From NCBI RefSeq assembly GCF_002158865.1, contig NZ_CP021455.1:1096835-1160834 (forward strand): DNA of 64,000 bases. Reading direction: 5' to 3'. The DNA comes from Comamonas serinivorans. Its GTDB lineage: Bacteria > Pseudomonadota > Gammaproteobacteria > Burkholderiales > Burkholderiaceae_C. The notes beneath the pieces were generated by a model. It worked only from the letters and a program-made list of their open reading frames with translations, was not told where the DNA came from and ran no database searches. This document shows positions 1 through 10,293 of this stretch, one piece after another (positions within the stretch are counted from its first letter, which is position 1; the number at the start of each line of letters is the position of its first letter). The translations under genes and the position numbers were made by a program.

Positions 1-537
1 GCGCGCTGGGCCAACGTGCAGGACTTCTGCGACTGGATCGTGGGCCGCTGCGGCGGCGAGATCGAGGACGGCACCAACGTGATGAGCGAGCGCCGCAGCG
101 TGCTCGAGGTGGCGCAGACCATCGCCCTCATCACCTCGCTGAAGGAGAAGGAGCAGGACGCCAACCAGATCACGCTGTCCACCCTGCATGCCAGCAAGGG
201 GCTCGAGTGGCCGCACGTGATGCTGGTGGGCGTGGTCGAAGGCCTGCTGCCGTTCCAGAGCGATGCCGAGGGCGCCCCCCCCATGACCGCCCAGCGCGTG
301 GAGGAGGAGCGTCGGCTGATGTACGTGGGCATCACGCGCGCGCAGCGCAGCCTGCAGGTGAGCTGGAGCCGTCAGCGCAAGAAAGGGCGCAGCCACGTGC
401 CGGCCTTGCCCAGCCGCTTCATCGGCGAGATGGCGCTGAACCACGCCACCACCCGCGAAGACCCGCGCGAAAAGCTCAAGGCCTTGCGTGCGGAGTTCGC
501 CAAGCGCGCCGCCAGCGCGCCGCGCGGCAATGCCTGA
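1..537 (+). CDS. ATP-dependent DNA helicase (Rep/UvrD family), C-terminal fragment; 5' end lies outside the window
   Basis: Frame of ORF 16..537 is open from nt 1. Conserved UvrD/Rep C-terminal motifs: LSTLHASKGLEWPHVMLVGVVEGLLPF and MYVGITRAQRSLQVSW. Confidence 0.6.
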   Translation, partial: ARWANVQDFCDWIVGRCGGEIEDGTNVMSERRSVLEVAQTIALITSLKEKEQDANQITLSTLHASKGLEWPHVMLVGVVEGLLPFQSDAEGAPPMTAQRVEEERRLMYVGITRAQRSLQVSWSRQRKKGRSHVPALPSRFIGEMALNHATTREDPREKLKALRAEFAKRAASAPRGNA

Positions 538-594
538 TCAAGGGTATGACTGTGCTTCCGTTGTTTCTACATCGGCAATGAGGCGATACTGCGC

Positions 595-1095
595 ATGATG
601 CATCCCGACGCCACGACCCACACCAATCCCGCTTCGTCGGATGCTCGGGCCACCTTGCGCCTGCACGGCCTGGTGCCTTGCGGGGCCTGGGCGCCCGGCC
701 GCTACGCCAGCGTGAGCCATTTGCGCGACCAATGCGCGTTTGGCCTCGCCTACGAGGTGCAGGCCGATTGGCGCACGCGGCCGCATGTGGTGTACGCCTT
801 CGTCGCCGGCGAGGCGGTGCTCTATGTCGGCGAAACCTCGGCCGGCATGGCGGCGCGCTTTGCCGGTTACCGCTACGGCAACCCCCTGGTCAGCGACACG
901 GACAACCGTGTCAAGCTCGCCCTCACGCGCACCCTGCAGGCGGGCGGCAGCGTGGCCATCTGGGCCACGCAACCGCAGGCCAGCCTCAGCCTGCCGGACG
1001 GCACGGTGTTGACCGTGCCCGCCAGCAAGCCGCTGGAGGAGGTCCTGATCGCGCGGATTCGGCCCGAGCTGAATGTGAAAATGCTCGCTGTCTGA
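595..1095 (+). CDS. hypothetical protein with GIY-YIG-like motif (VVYAFVAGEAVLYVGETS)
   Basis: ORF with high GC3. Motif resembles the GIY-YIG nuclease core. No other homology recognised. Confidence 0.4.
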   Translation: MMHPDATTHTNPASSDARATLRLHGLVPCGAWAPGRYASVSHLRDQCAFGLAYEVQADWRTRPHVVYAFVAGEAVLYVGETSAGMAARFAGYRYGNPLVSDTDNRVKLALTRTLQAGGSVAIWATQPQASLSLPDGTVLTVPASKPLEEVLIARIRPELNVKMLAV

Positions 1096-1112
1096 TTTGC
1101 TGGATCGCCCCC

Positions 1113-1760
1113 ATGCCTCAACCCCACGACACCGCCACGTCCCTGTCTTCGCCCGTCACGTTCACGCGCCTGGTGCGGGCGCGCCTGTGGCGCTGGGCCG
1201 GTTTGATGGGGGTGCTGGGGCTCACGGCCTGCGCCTCGGACGATTTCATGCGGCAGTACCAGGACATCGGCCGCACGACCTTGCCCGCGCTGCCCACGCC
1301 GCGGGCCACGGCCGAACCAGGCACCTGCCGGGACGTGACGCGCATGACCGCCCGCGACCTCTACGGCGAGTGGCGGCTCAGCCTGCTCAAGCCCAACGTG
1401 GGCGGCCACATGCGGCTGTCGCAGCACCCCGAGTTCTCGGAAAGCCTGCGCGGCCACATCGCCTACGGCGACGTGCAGGCCATTGCCTCGGGCGACGTCA
1501 CGGCCGGCCAGTTCGACCTCGACGAGTCTGCGGACGGCAAGCGCATGACCGCCACCTGGTCCGGCAAACTGACGCCCGCCGCCTGTGGCAACGAAATCCG
1601 CGGCACCTGGACCGACCTGGAGCGCGACCAGAGCAGCGCTTTCGTGCTTCGGCGCGTGGGCGGCGCAGCGGCTGCGGCCGACGCCGCCAGCACGCCCGTG
1701 CGCGACGAACTGCCCGATGGCGTGCAGGTGTTGCCGGTGCCCGAACCGTCGCTGAACTGA
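1113..1760 (+). CDS. lipoprotein of unknown function
   Basis: ATG at 1113 in frame of ORF 678..1760. N-terminal signal peptide with lipobox LGLTAC. High GC3. Confidence 0.5.
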   Translation: MPQPHDTATSLSSPVTFTRLVRARLWRWAGLMGVLGLTACASDDFMRQYQDIGRTTLPALPTPRATAEPGTCRDVTRMTARDLYGEWRLSLLKPNVGGHMRLSQHPEFSESLRGHIAYGDVQAIASGDVTAGQFDLDESADGKRMTATWSGKLTPAACGNEIRGTWTDLERDQSSAFVLRRVGGAAAAADAASTPVRDELPDGVQVLPVPEPSLN

Positions 1761-1829
1761 GGCCTCAGCCGGGGCTGCGCGTGGCGCGGCTCCGGGCCGC
1801 GTCGGGCAAACAAACGCGTGGGATGCGGA

Positions 1830-2906
1830 TCAGGCGGCGTGGCCCGTGGCCAGGCTGCTCCGCGTCCTGACCTCGCCCGTTCGCTCGTCGATGGGCAGCA
1901 AGGGCAGGCGATCGCGGTGGTCGCCATACAGGCGCGCCACGCGTTCGTCCAGGCTGGGGTGGCTGGCCAGGCGTTCGCGCCAGCCACTGGCATTCTGTTC
2001 CCACTCGACCAGCAGCAGGTGGGCCATGGGCGCCCACAGCACGTCGCCCAGCGGCAGGCGGTTGGCGCGGCTGACGCTGTGCGTGACCTGCTGCGTCATC
2101 ACCTTGCGCAGCACGCCGCCCAGGCCGTCCACGTCGCGCGTCCACTGCACAGCGTGCGCGTCGGCCAGAAACTCGCGCTCGCGCGAGGCTGCGGCCTGCA
2201 GCAGGCGCGCGCCCAGCCAGCCCACGAAGCCCAGCGCCATGAACAGCCAGCCGATGGCGATCAGCTTGGGCAGCGGCAGGTCTTCGCGGCTGGTGTCGCT
2301 CATCCACTGGCCGTAGGTGTGCACCATGGCCAGGCCGCCCACCATGCCCATGAGCTGCAGGTTGAAGGCGGTGTCGCCCTCGCGCAGGTGGCTGCACTCG
2401 TGCGCCACCAGGCCTTGCAGCTCGCGGCGCGACAGGTGGGTGAGCGCGCCCTGCGTGACCACGATCAGCCAGTCCTTGGGCGTGAGCCCCAGCGCGAAGG
2501 CGTTGATCTCGTCGGCGCGGGGCAGCAGCATGACGCGCGGGCGGCGCATCTGGGCCGACAGCGCCATTTCGCTGACGATGTTGGCCAGCCGCTGCTCGGC
2601 AAAGCTGTGGGCCGTGCGCAGCTCGCGCGCACCCAGCCGCTGCGCCAGGCGCTCGCTGCCCTGGCGGATGACGCCGGCTTCCAGCCACCAGCCGCCCAGC
2701 GTCAGGAACAGCGCAATGCCCACGAAGGGCCAGGCCACCTTGGCGGGCAGGTGAAACGGCTGGCCGCTGACCAGGCTGATGACCCAGGCGCCACCCGCCA
2801 GCACGCCCAGCGGCGCCAGCACCGTGGCGGCGCTGACCAGGGCGAACGCCAGCATCAGCCGGCGCGAGCGTCGGCGGGCGGTGGCCTGGTGATCGAAGAA
2901 GCGCAT
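1830..2906 (-). CDS. M48 family zinc metallopeptidase (HtpX-like)
   Basis: HEXXH motif (HECSHL), N-terminal TM helices, ERVARL C-terminal motif typical of the M48/HtpX family. Confidence 0.8.
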   Translation of the reverse strand: MRFFDHQATARRRSRRLMLAFALVSAATVLAPLGVLAGGAWVISLVSGQPFHLPAKVAWPFVGIALFLTLGGWWLEAGVIRQGSERLAQRLGARELRTAHSFAEQRLANIVSEMALSAQMRRPRVMLLPRADEINAFALGLTPKDWLIVVTQGALTHLSRRELQGLVAHECSHLREGDTAFNLQLMGMVGGLAMVHTYGQWMSDTSREDLPLPKLIAIGWLFMALGFVGWLGARLLQAAASREREFLADAHAVQWTRDVDGLGGVLRKVMTQQVTHSVSRANRLPLGDVLWAPMAHLLLVEWEQNASGWRERLASHPSLDERVARLYGDHRDRLPLLPIDERTGEVRTRSSLATGHAA

Positions 2907-2928
2907 GGCGGCATCAGCAGGTTGTGAT

Positions 2929-2980
2929 GGGGGTATGGGCGAGTTGTCGATTTTGTGTCATCGGAAATATGGCCATACCC
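2929..2980. repeat. small nested-palindromic intergenic repeat (SPR family) copy
   Basis: GGGGGTATGGG...CATCGGAAATATGGCCATACCC. Confidence 0.55.
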
Positions 2981-3122
2981 TGTAAAAAATGGGGTGAAGG
3001 CGTGCCTGGCCGCCGTCACCGGTGCAGGGCCTGGGTGTGTGCCGGGTCCGGCGGAGTCAACGCGTCACCGGCCAGGCGGCCCTGCAGCGTGTGGACCCGC
3101 GCTGCGCAACGGCGCCGCGCCC

Positions 3123-3710
3123 TCAAAACTGCACCTTGACGGGCTGCCGCTCGGCCTCGCTTTGCGTGGCCTGCAGCGCGCTGGCGGGCGTGAAGCCGGC
3201 CAGGCGCGCGACGAGCACCGTGGGCACGACCTGGCTGGCCGTGTTGAAGTCCAGCACGGCATCGTTGAACGCCTGGCGCGCAAAGCCGATGCGGTTTTCC
3301 GTGCTCGTCAGCTCTTCGCTGAGCTCGCGCATGGTCTGGTCCGCTTTCAGGTCGGGGTAGGCCTCGGACACCACCATCAGGCGCCCCAGGGCGCCCCCCA
3401 GCAGGCCATCGGCGGCGGCCAGGCCGGCCATGGCCTGGGCGTTGCCGGGTTCGCGCCGGGCCACCGCGGCGGCCGACTGCGCCTGGCCGCGGGCCGCGAT
3501 GACGGCCTGCAGCGTGTCGTGCTCGTGGCTCAGGTACTTCTTCGCCACCTCGACCAGGTTGGGCACCAGGTCGTGGCGGCGCTTGAGCTGCACGTCGATC
3601 TGGGCGAACGCATTGGCGATGCGGTTGCGCAGCTCGACCAAGCGGTTGTAGGCCATGACGGCCCAGACGATCACGCAAGCCAGCACGGCCGCTGCAATCC
3701 ACCATCCCAT
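3123..3710 (-). CDS. lemA: LemA family protein
   Basis: 195 aa. N-terminal TM helix then the LemA-conserved YNRLVELRNRIANAFAQIDVQLKRRHDLVPNLVE block. ATG confirmed at 3710 on the reverse strand. Confidence 0.8.
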   Translation of the reverse strand: MGWWIAAAVLACVIVWAVMAYNRLVELRNRIANAFAQIDVQLKRRHDLVPNLVEVAKKYLSHEHDTLQAVIAARGQAQSAAAVARREPGNAQAMAGLAAADGLLGGALGRLMVVSEAYPDLKADQTMRELSEELTSTENRIGFARQAFNDAVLDFNTASQVVPTVLVARLAGFTPASALQATQSEAERQPVKVQF

Positions 3711-3775
3711 GTCGCACCTCCTCGATGTCGCCGCACCGTGCGGCGGTTGTGTGTCGGCCTGATGAGTCAGGGTTA

Positions 3776-3800
3776 GACATAACATGACGCATATTATGTC
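3776..3800. promoter_or_regulatory. AT-rich palindrome GACATAA-N11-TTATGTC between lemA and the downstream hypothetical gene
   Basis: Only AT-rich patch in a 350-bp divergent GC-rich intergenic region. Confidence 0.3.
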
Positions 3801-4061
3801 CAGCGAGCCACGCCTGGACAAGCGATTTTCGGGGCAGCCGTCGCGGCAGCGCAGAGCGATCTGTGCGTCACCGCGCGCTCCGTTCATGGCGTCTGGGCAT
3901 CGATGCAGCCGTTTCGCGTTACACGGGTGGTGTCGCGGGCTGTGTGCGCTGCATCGCGGTGCGGCCGCATAGACGCCGTTGGCGGGGTCTGCAGCCGCTC
4001 GGGTTGACCGGAGCCGCCGCCAGGGCCGGTTAGGATGCTGCGCTTTGCACGGACCCGAACC

Positions 4062-4376
4062 ATGAGCTTTGCCGACAACCTGCGTGACCTGCCCGCCATC
4101 GACCACCTGGCCGCCCTCGAGCTGCTGGACGAGGCGGGCCAGGTGGTGGCCTCGATCCCGAACCAGCCCGGCAAGGCGGGTTCGCTCAAGCTGTATGCGG
4201 CCCTGGCCGCCCGCCACGGCGCCATCAACCTGGCCGCCGCCGAAGAAGGCCTGGCCTTGTTCGCCGAACACACCGAGGATGCGCGCCAGCACCCGGGCAG
4301 CCACCCCAACATCGACCGCCTGTTCGAGGTCATCGCCACGGGCAAGCCCCTGTCGGTGCGCCTGTTGCCGGCTTGA
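4062..4376 (+). CDS. hypothetical protein
   Basis: ORF 4035..4376 with good GC3. Internal ATG (MSFADN) chosen. No recognised domain. Confidence 0.35.
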   Translation: MSFADNLRDLPAIDHLAALELLDEAGQVVASIPNQPGKAGSLKLYAALAARHGAINLAAAEEGLALFAEHTEDARQHPGSHPNIDRLFEVIATGKPLSVRLLPA

Positions 4377-4406
4377 GGGGAGCCTCCTCGCGGTGTTTTG
4401 ATTCAA

Positions 4407-4459
4407 GGGGGTATGCGCCCATTTCCGTTTAAAGAAAAACGCAAGTGGATGCATACCCC
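4407..4459. repeat. SPR family copy
   Basis: GGGGGTATGCGCCCATTTCCGTTTAAAGAAAAACGCAAGTGGATGCATACCCC. Confidence 0.6.
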
Positions 4460-4617
4460 ATGCATTGCGTGCGGATAAAGGGTGGCGCCATGCCGTCATG
4501 GCCAGCCATCCCGTCCCGGTGCCTCGGCCCCGCGCATGGGCTCAGGCACTTGGCCAGACGCCGACCCTACGGGCCGCCCGCCAACCGCAGACCCCCCATC
4601 GAGGTGGGTGCCGCCGG

Positions 4618-6603
4618 TCACTCGGGTGAGGGCGTCGGATCAGGGTGCCGCCTGCAGCCGTCAGTCGCCGGCTGCAACAGGTCTTGCACGCGTGCGCGCA
4701 TGGTCTCCAGCGTCTGCGCTTCGGGGGGCATGGCCTCGCCCACGCTCAGGCCCACCGGGCTGAAGGTCCCACGCCGGAATGGCTTGGTCATGGCGCCCGT
4801 GGGTTCGATGCGCGAGAAGTAGCTGCCCCAGAGGTTGGTCAGCGCCATGGGCACCACGGGCACGCTCAGGCCGTCGGCGCGCGCCTGCTCCAGGATCTTC
4901 AGCACCCCGCTCTTGAACGCACCCAGCTCGCCGTCGCGCGTGATGGCGCCTTCGGGGAAGATGGCCAGCAGCTCGCCTTCGCGCAGCACCTGGGCGGCTT
5001 CGACGAAGGCGCGCTCGTAGGCCGCGGGGTCGTCGCGTGCGGGGGCGATGGGGATGGCCTTGGCGAGCTTGAACAGCCAGCCCAGCACGGGCACCTTGAA
5101 GATCTGGTGGTCCATGATGAAGCGGATGGGCCGCGGGCTGGCCGCCATCAGCAGCACGGCGTCGATGAAGCTGACGTGGTTGGCGATGAGCACGGCCGGA
5201 CCGTCGGCCGGGATGTGGTCACGCCCGGTGATGCGGAAGCGGTACACCAGCTTGGTGAGCACCCAGGCGTGAAAGCGCAGCCAGTACTCGGGCACCAGGA
5301 AGAAGATGTAGGCCGCCACCAGCGCATTGGCGATGCCGGTGAACAGGAAGATCTGCGGGATGGAGAAGCCGGCCTGCAGCAGCGCGCCCGCGATCACGGC
5401 CGAGGCGATCATGAACAGCGCGTTGAGGATGTTGTTGGCCGCGATGATGCGCGCGCGGTGCGAGGGCCGGGCGCGCAGCTGGATGAGCGCGTACATGGGC
5501 ACGCTGAACAGGCCGGTGAACATCGACATCAGGCCCAGGTCGGCCATCACGCGCCAGTGCGCGCCCTGTTGCAGAAAGCCGCCCACGTCGAACAGGCCAC
5601 TGGCGGGCGGCGCGGGCAGGCTGCGCGTGGCGAAGAACAGGTCGATGGCGAACACCGTCATGCCGATGGCGCCCACGGGCACCAGCCCGATCTCGACCTG
5701 GTGGCCCGACAGCTTTTCGCACAGCAGCGCCCCCACGCCGATGCCGACCGAGAACACGGCCAGCAGCAGCGAGGCGACGTGGGCGTCGCAGTGCAGCACT
5801 TCTTTGGCAAAGGCCGGAAACTGGCTGAGGAACACAGCGCCGAAGAACCACATCCACGAGATGCCCAGCAGCGAGCGGAACACGGCCAGCTGCTCGTGCG
5901 CCAGGCGCAGGTTGCGCCAGGTTTCGGTCACAGGGTTCCAGTTCACCTGCAAGCCGGGGTCGGTGGCCGGCGACACAGGGATGAACTGCGCCGCAAGCCG
6001 CCCCAGCAGGGCCAGCACCACGCACGAGATGCCCACCCATTCGGGCCCCACCTGCGGCACCACCACCAGCACCCCGCCCACCAGCTGGCCCAGCAAGATG
6101 GCGACGAAGGTGCCCATTTCGACCATGCCGTTGCCGCCCGTCAGTTCGCGCTCGGACAGGTGCTGCGGCAGGTAGGCGAACTTCACCGGGCCGAACAGGG
6201 TGGAGTGCAGGCCCATGAGGAAGGTGCACAGCAGCAGCACCGGCACGTTGGCGCTGAAGAAGCCCCAGGCCGCCAGGGCCATGATGGCCACCTCCAGCCA
6301 TTTGACGAAGCGGATCAGCGCGCGCTTTTCCAGCTTGTCGGCCAGCTGGCCGCTGGTGGCCGAGAACACCAGATAGGGCAGGATGAACAGCGCGCCGATC
6401 ACCAGGCCCGCCATGTCGGCCGGCAGCCAGCTCACCTGCAGCATGTAGGTCACCATCACGGTGAACGCGAACTTGAAGAGGTTGTCGTTCGCGGCGCCGG
6501 CAAACTGGGTCCAAAAAAACGGCGCAAAGCGGCGCTGGCCCAGCAAGGCGAACTGCCCGGAGGGCGCTTGGCCGGCCTGGGCCTGGCGGGTCGATTCGGT
6601 CAT
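4618..6603 (-). CDS. MFS lysophospholipid transporter fused to 1-acyl-glycerol-3-phosphate (PlsC-type) acyltransferase domain
   Basis: 661 aa. N-terminal 12-TM MFS region. C-terminal HVSFIDAV...FPEGAITRDG acyltransferase motifs (HX4D, FPEG). ATG confirmed at 6603 (MTESTRQ). Confidence 0.8.
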   Translation of the reverse strand: MTESTRQAQAGQAPSGQFALLGQRRFAPFFWTQFAGAANDNLFKFAFTVMVTYMLQVSWLPADMAGLVIGALFILPYLVFSATSGQLADKLEKRALIRFVKWLEVAIMALAAWGFFSANVPVLLLCTFLMGLHSTLFGPVKFAYLPQHLSERELTGGNGMVEMGTFVAILLGQLVGGVLVVVPQVGPEWVGISCVVLALLGRLAAQFIPVSPATDPGLQVNWNPVTETWRNLRLAHEQLAVFRSLLGISWMWFFGAVFLSQFPAFAKEVLHCDAHVASLLLAVFSVGIGVGALLCEKLSGHQVEIGLVPVGAIGMTVFAIDLFFATRSLPAPPASGLFDVGGFLQQGAHWRVMADLGLMSMFTGLFSVPMYALIQLRARPSHRARIIAANNILNALFMIASAVIAGALLQAGFSIPQIFLFTGIANALVAAYIFFLVPEYWLRFHAWVLTKLVYRFRITGRDHIPADGPAVLIANHVSFIDAVLLMAASPRPIRFIMDHQIFKVPVLGWLFKLAKAIPIAPARDDPAAYERAFVEAAQVLREGELLAIFPEGAITRDGELGAFKSGVLKILEQARADGLSVPVVPMALTNLWGSYFSRIEPTGAMTKPFRRGTFSPVGLSVGEAMPPEAQTLETMRARVQDLLQPATDGCRRHPDPTPSPE

Positions 6604-6901
6604 GGGGGCTTGGGTCCTGTGACGGCCTGGGGAAATGCGAGTGTGCGGCGCAGATTGTGAAGCCATGGCCGGCCGCACGGCCAGCGCCTGGACAGGCGGC
6701 GACGCCGCCAGGCTTGGTCGGATGCGTCGTCGTCCCCATCGACGCGGCGAACAGCTACGGTGAGTGGAGAGGACCAAGAGGGCAGGCCTGGGGCATTCGC
6801 CTGAGGACAGGGCGGCCACGCCGCCTCGCAGCGTCGCCCGAGGTGCCGGACGCGCGGCGGCCGGTGGACTCGGTGGGCGGCAGCGCGAACGCGACCCGGC
6901 A

Positions 6902-7753
6902 TCAGCGCCGCCGCATGGCCCAGCCGATGGGCACCACCGCCAGCGCCGCCACCGCGTGCTTGAGGCTGTGGCCGGCCACCCAGCCCTGGGTCAGCTCGAA
7001 CACGGCGTGGTCGCCCAGCTCCAGCACCTTGGCGGCGATGTAGGCCAGCACCACCCAAAGCCAGCGCACCCCCAGGCCGTCCGGCCGGTTGGGACTCAGG
7101 CCCAGACCCACCAGCAGCGCCAAGCCGGCGCCTTGCACCAGCGCCCAGGGCGTCATGTTGCCCACCTGCCAAGCCCACAGGGCCGCGCTGGCCGAGGCCA
7201 GCAGCAGCGGCAGCGGCAGCGCGCGACCCAGGCGGGGGCTCACGCGGTCGGCCACAGCCAGGCCGATCACGCCGGCAAAGGCCAGCGACATGCCGAGCCG
7301 GTCCACGGCCAGGCCCGCATCGCCGGGCGCCCAGTGGTAGACGCTGGAGCCCGCGGCCGTGGCGATCAGGCCCAGCACCACCCATCGCACGAGCACCATG
7401 CAAGTATGGTCGGCCATTCGATCATGGATGAAGGTAGATGAACCGATACCCGATGAAAAGATGGCGGCTCGCCGCCACAGCCACAGCGCCGCCAGGACGA
7501 ACGGTGCGTTGCTGAGCACGTCCAGGGCGTGCGGCAGTGCGCCCCAGGCGCGCTGGTCGGCGAAGTCGTGGTAGCCGGCGGGCAAGGGTGCGGCGGGCAG
7601 GCCGGCGGCCAGCACCACGGCGGCCAGCAAGGCCAGCAGCACGAGCCACTCGGCGCGGCGCAAGGGACCGAGGGCAGGGTGGGCGGGTTGGACGACGCCG
7701 GCCACGCCGGTAGACGGGGACGGGCGAGCGGCGGGCGGGCGAGCGTGTGGCAT
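6902..7753 (-). CDS. integral membrane protein (ceramidase-like / unknown)
   Basis: Multiple TM helices, high GC3. Start chosen at ATG 7753 (MPHARPP). Family assignment tentative. Confidence 0.45.
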   Translation of the reverse strand: MPHARPPAARPSPSTGVAGVVQPAHPALGPLRRAEWLVLLALLAAVVLAAGLPAAPLPAGYHDFADQRAWGALPHALDVLSNAPFVLAALWLWRRAAIFSSGIGSSTFIHDRMADHTCMVLVRWVVLGLIATAAGSSVYHWAPGDAGLAVDRLGMSLAFAGVIGLAVADRVSPRLGRALPLPLLLASASAALWAWQVGNMTPWALVQGAGLALLVGLGLSPNRPDGLGVRWLWVVLAYIAAKVLELGDHAVFELTQGWVAGHSLKHAVAALAVVPIGWAMRRR

Positions 7754-7901
7754 TAGGCGCGACAAGGGGTGGACGCAGAAGTGGCCTGCACTGTGCGCAA
7801 GGCGCCGCCAACCGTCGCGTACATTGCGCCTCGGTGGCGCGGCTTCACGCTCAGGGTATCGTCGCACGCGCCCGAACCATCGACACGGAGGGAGGATTTC
7901 G

Positions 7902-8633
7902 ATGAGCACCACGCAGGACCTGGTCACCGCACTCAAACACGAACTGAAGGCCGCGCAGATGACCTATGCGGACCTGGCCAAGGAGCTCGGCATGGCCGAG
8001 TCCAGCGTCAAACGCATGCTGGCCAAAGGCGACATGCCGCTGACCCGCATCGACGCCATCTGCCGTGCGCTCAAGCTCGACTTTGCCGACCTGGCGCGCC
8101 GCGTGGCCGACGCCCAGCCCCTGCTCAGCCAGCTCACGCAGGCCCAGGAGGTGGCCGTGGTGGCGGACAAAAAGCTGCTGCTGTGCGCCATCTGCGTGCT
8201 GAGCCACTGGACGCTGGAGCAGATCTGCGAGGCCTACCGCATCGACGAGCCCGAGTGCATCCGCCACCTGGTGATGCTCGACCGCATCGGCATCATCGAG
8301 CTGCGGCCGCTGAACCGCTACCGCCTGAAGCTGGCCAAGACCTTCCGCTGGCGGCCCAACGGCCCGGTGATGGATTTCTTCCGCGAGAACGTGCTGCTGG
8401 ATTACTACGGCGGCAGCTTCGACCGCGACGACGAGGTGCTGCAGCTGGTGCACGGCACCATCGGCCACAGCATGGGGCCGGTGTTCGTCGAACGCATCCA
8501 GCGCATTGCGCAGGACTTTGCCAAGCAGCACCTGGCCGATCAGAAGCTGCCTGACGACATGCGCGAGGGCTACACCCTGCTGCTGTCCATGCGGCGCTGG
8601 GAATTCGCGGCCTTCACCGCCTTGCGGCGCTGA
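7902..8633 (+). CDS. XRE-family HTH transcriptional regulator
   Basis: N-terminal HTH (TYADLAKELGMAESSVKRMLAKG). ATG 7902 preceded by GGAGGGAGG RBS. Confidence 0.65.
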   Translation: MSTTQDLVTALKHELKAAQMTYADLAKELGMAESSVKRMLAKGDMPLTRIDAICRALKLDFADLARRVADAQPLLSQLTQAQEVAVVADKKLLLCAICVLSHWTLEQICEAYRIDEPECIRHLVMLDRIGIIELRPLNRYRLKLAKTFRWRPNGPVMDFFRENVLLDYYGGSFDRDDEVLQLVHGTIGHSMGPVFVERIQRIAQDFAKQHLADQKLPDDMREGYTLLLSMRRWEFAAFTALRR

Positions 8634-8770
8634 TCGGGGCGCGGCCCTGGACCCGGGTGTGGACCATCCCGCCGGCGGGGGAAGTCGGGCGCCGGGCTGA
8701 CGACCTGCGGGTGCCGCACATCCCGGCAAGGGTGTGAGGTCGCTGCACGGGCCTAGGGTGGAGATGTCGT

Positions 8771-8824
8771 GCAGTATGGGGCGGTCTCCGGTGCAAAGAA
8801 AACGACAGTTGGCGAATACGGGGC
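8771..8824. repeat. SPR family copy (divergent)
   Basis: GCAGTATGGGGCGGTCTCCGGTGCAAAGAAAACGACAGTTGGCGAATACGGGGC. Confidence 0.45.
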
Positions 8825-9263
8825 GAGTGCCGATGAAGCAATCGTGACGGTGGTGGCCCGCAGCTGAGCTGCATTGCAGTCTTGTGGGTCTTGCCCAGTC
8901 GCCCCAGACCAGCGCGGCCGCCAGCGGCCTCGCAGGGCGCTGGCCAGGCCTGCGCGCGGCGTTGAGCATGACGCACCGAGCCGCCAGCGTGTGGTCGCTG
9001 GGGTGTGCCAGAACTGCATTGCAGTCTCATACACAACCTCCAGCCACCGCAAACCGGGTGCGGCCACCTAGACTGGCGCGAGCGGTCAACGGCATGGTGG
9101 GCCCCAGGCCACGTTGAGGTGATACCGGGCCGGCACGAGGGGCTGCATGGCAGTCCCATGAATCGACCCCCAGCACCTGAGCGTGGGCCAGCCCATCGCC
9201 AGACCCAGGTTGCCCGGGCTGCATGCCGGGCGCCCCTCTTTCACCTGTTCCAGCGGAGTTTCC

Positions 9264-9992
9264 ATGAACCCACAGAAAGCTGTGCTCGTCATCGGTGCGG
9301 GCGATGCCACGGGAGGCGCGATTGCCCGCCGCTTTGCGCGCGAGGGCTACATCGCCTGCGTCACGCGCCGCAGCGCCGACAAGCTGCAGCCCCTGGTCGA
9401 GCAGATTCGCGCCGACGGCGGCCAGGCGCATGGCTTTGGCAGCGATGCCCGCCAGGAAGAGGCCATGGCCTCGTTGGTGGCGCACATCGAGCGTGACATC
9501 GCCCCCATCGAGGTGGCGGTGTTCAACATCGGCGCCAACGTGCGCTTTCCCATCACCGAGACCACCGCGCGCGTCTACTTCAAGGTGTGGGAGATGGCCT
9601 GTTTCGCCGGCTTTCTGATGGGACGCGAGGCGGCCAAGGTGATGGTGCCGCGGGGCCGCGGCACCATTCTGTTCACCGGGGCCACGGCCAGCCTGCGGGG
9701 GCGCGACGGGTTCGCGGCCTTTGCCGGCGCCAAGCACGGCTTGCGGGCGCTGGCACAGAGCATGGCGCGCGAGCTGTGGCCGAAGGGCATCCACGTCGCC
9801 CACCCCATCATCGACGGCGCCATCGACACCGACTTCATCCAGAGCAATTTCCCCGAACGCTATGCGACCAAGGCGCAGGACGGCATCGTCAACCCCGAGC
9901 GCATCGCCGAGCTGTACTGGCAGATCCACCAGCAGCCGCGCGACGCCTGGACGCACGAAACCGAGCTGCGGCCCTGGATGGAGCCGTGGTGA
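9264..9992 (+). CDS. SDR family NAD(P)-dependent oxidoreductase
   Basis: TGxxxGxG-like N-terminus (VLVIGAGDATGGAIA) and YxxxK-region motifs. RBS GGAG at 9255. Confidence 0.85.
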   Translation: MNPQKAVLVIGAGDATGGAIARRFAREGYIACVTRRSADKLQPLVEQIRADGGQAHGFGSDARQEEAMASLVAHIERDIAPIEVAVFNIGANVRFPITETTARVYFKVWEMACFAGFLMGREAAKVMVPRGRGTILFTGATASLRGRDGFAAFAGAKHGLRALAQSMARELWPKGIHVAHPIIDGAIDTDFIQSNFPERYATKAQDGIVNPERIAELYWQIHQQPRDAWTHETELRPWMEPW

Positions 9993-10220
9993 GGCCGCGT
10001 GAGCCTGGGTGACGCGCCGATGTGCGCGGGCCGGCGATGATGGCGAACACGGTGGCGTGGCGATCCGCCCATGAGCCTGGACCAGCCCGGCTACGCGGGC
10101 GATGGCCGCGACCGCGTGGCTGTCACCCAGCTGGGCGCGCCGTCTTGGCCGTGGGTGAGGTGGCGTGGTCCACAGGCGCCATCGGCGCGACACCCGTTGT
10201 GATGCAAAGATGAATTAAAC

Positions 10221-10272
10221 GCAGTATGCATGGCTTGCCGTTTGAAGATGAACGGCAATGGCTGCATACTGC
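10221..10272. repeat. SPR family copy
   Basis: GCAGTATGCATGGCTTGCCGTTTGAAGATGAACGGCAATGGCTGCATACTGC. Confidence 0.6.
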
Positions 10273-10293
10273 ACACTGAATGCAGGAGACACC

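Noticed and set aside
5219-6739. 506-aa and 671-aa alternative ORFs overlapping the MFS-acyltransferase gene
   Set aside because: Off-frame or antisense ORFs of a GC-rich gene. Only the 4618-6603 frame gives MFS and PlsC motifs.
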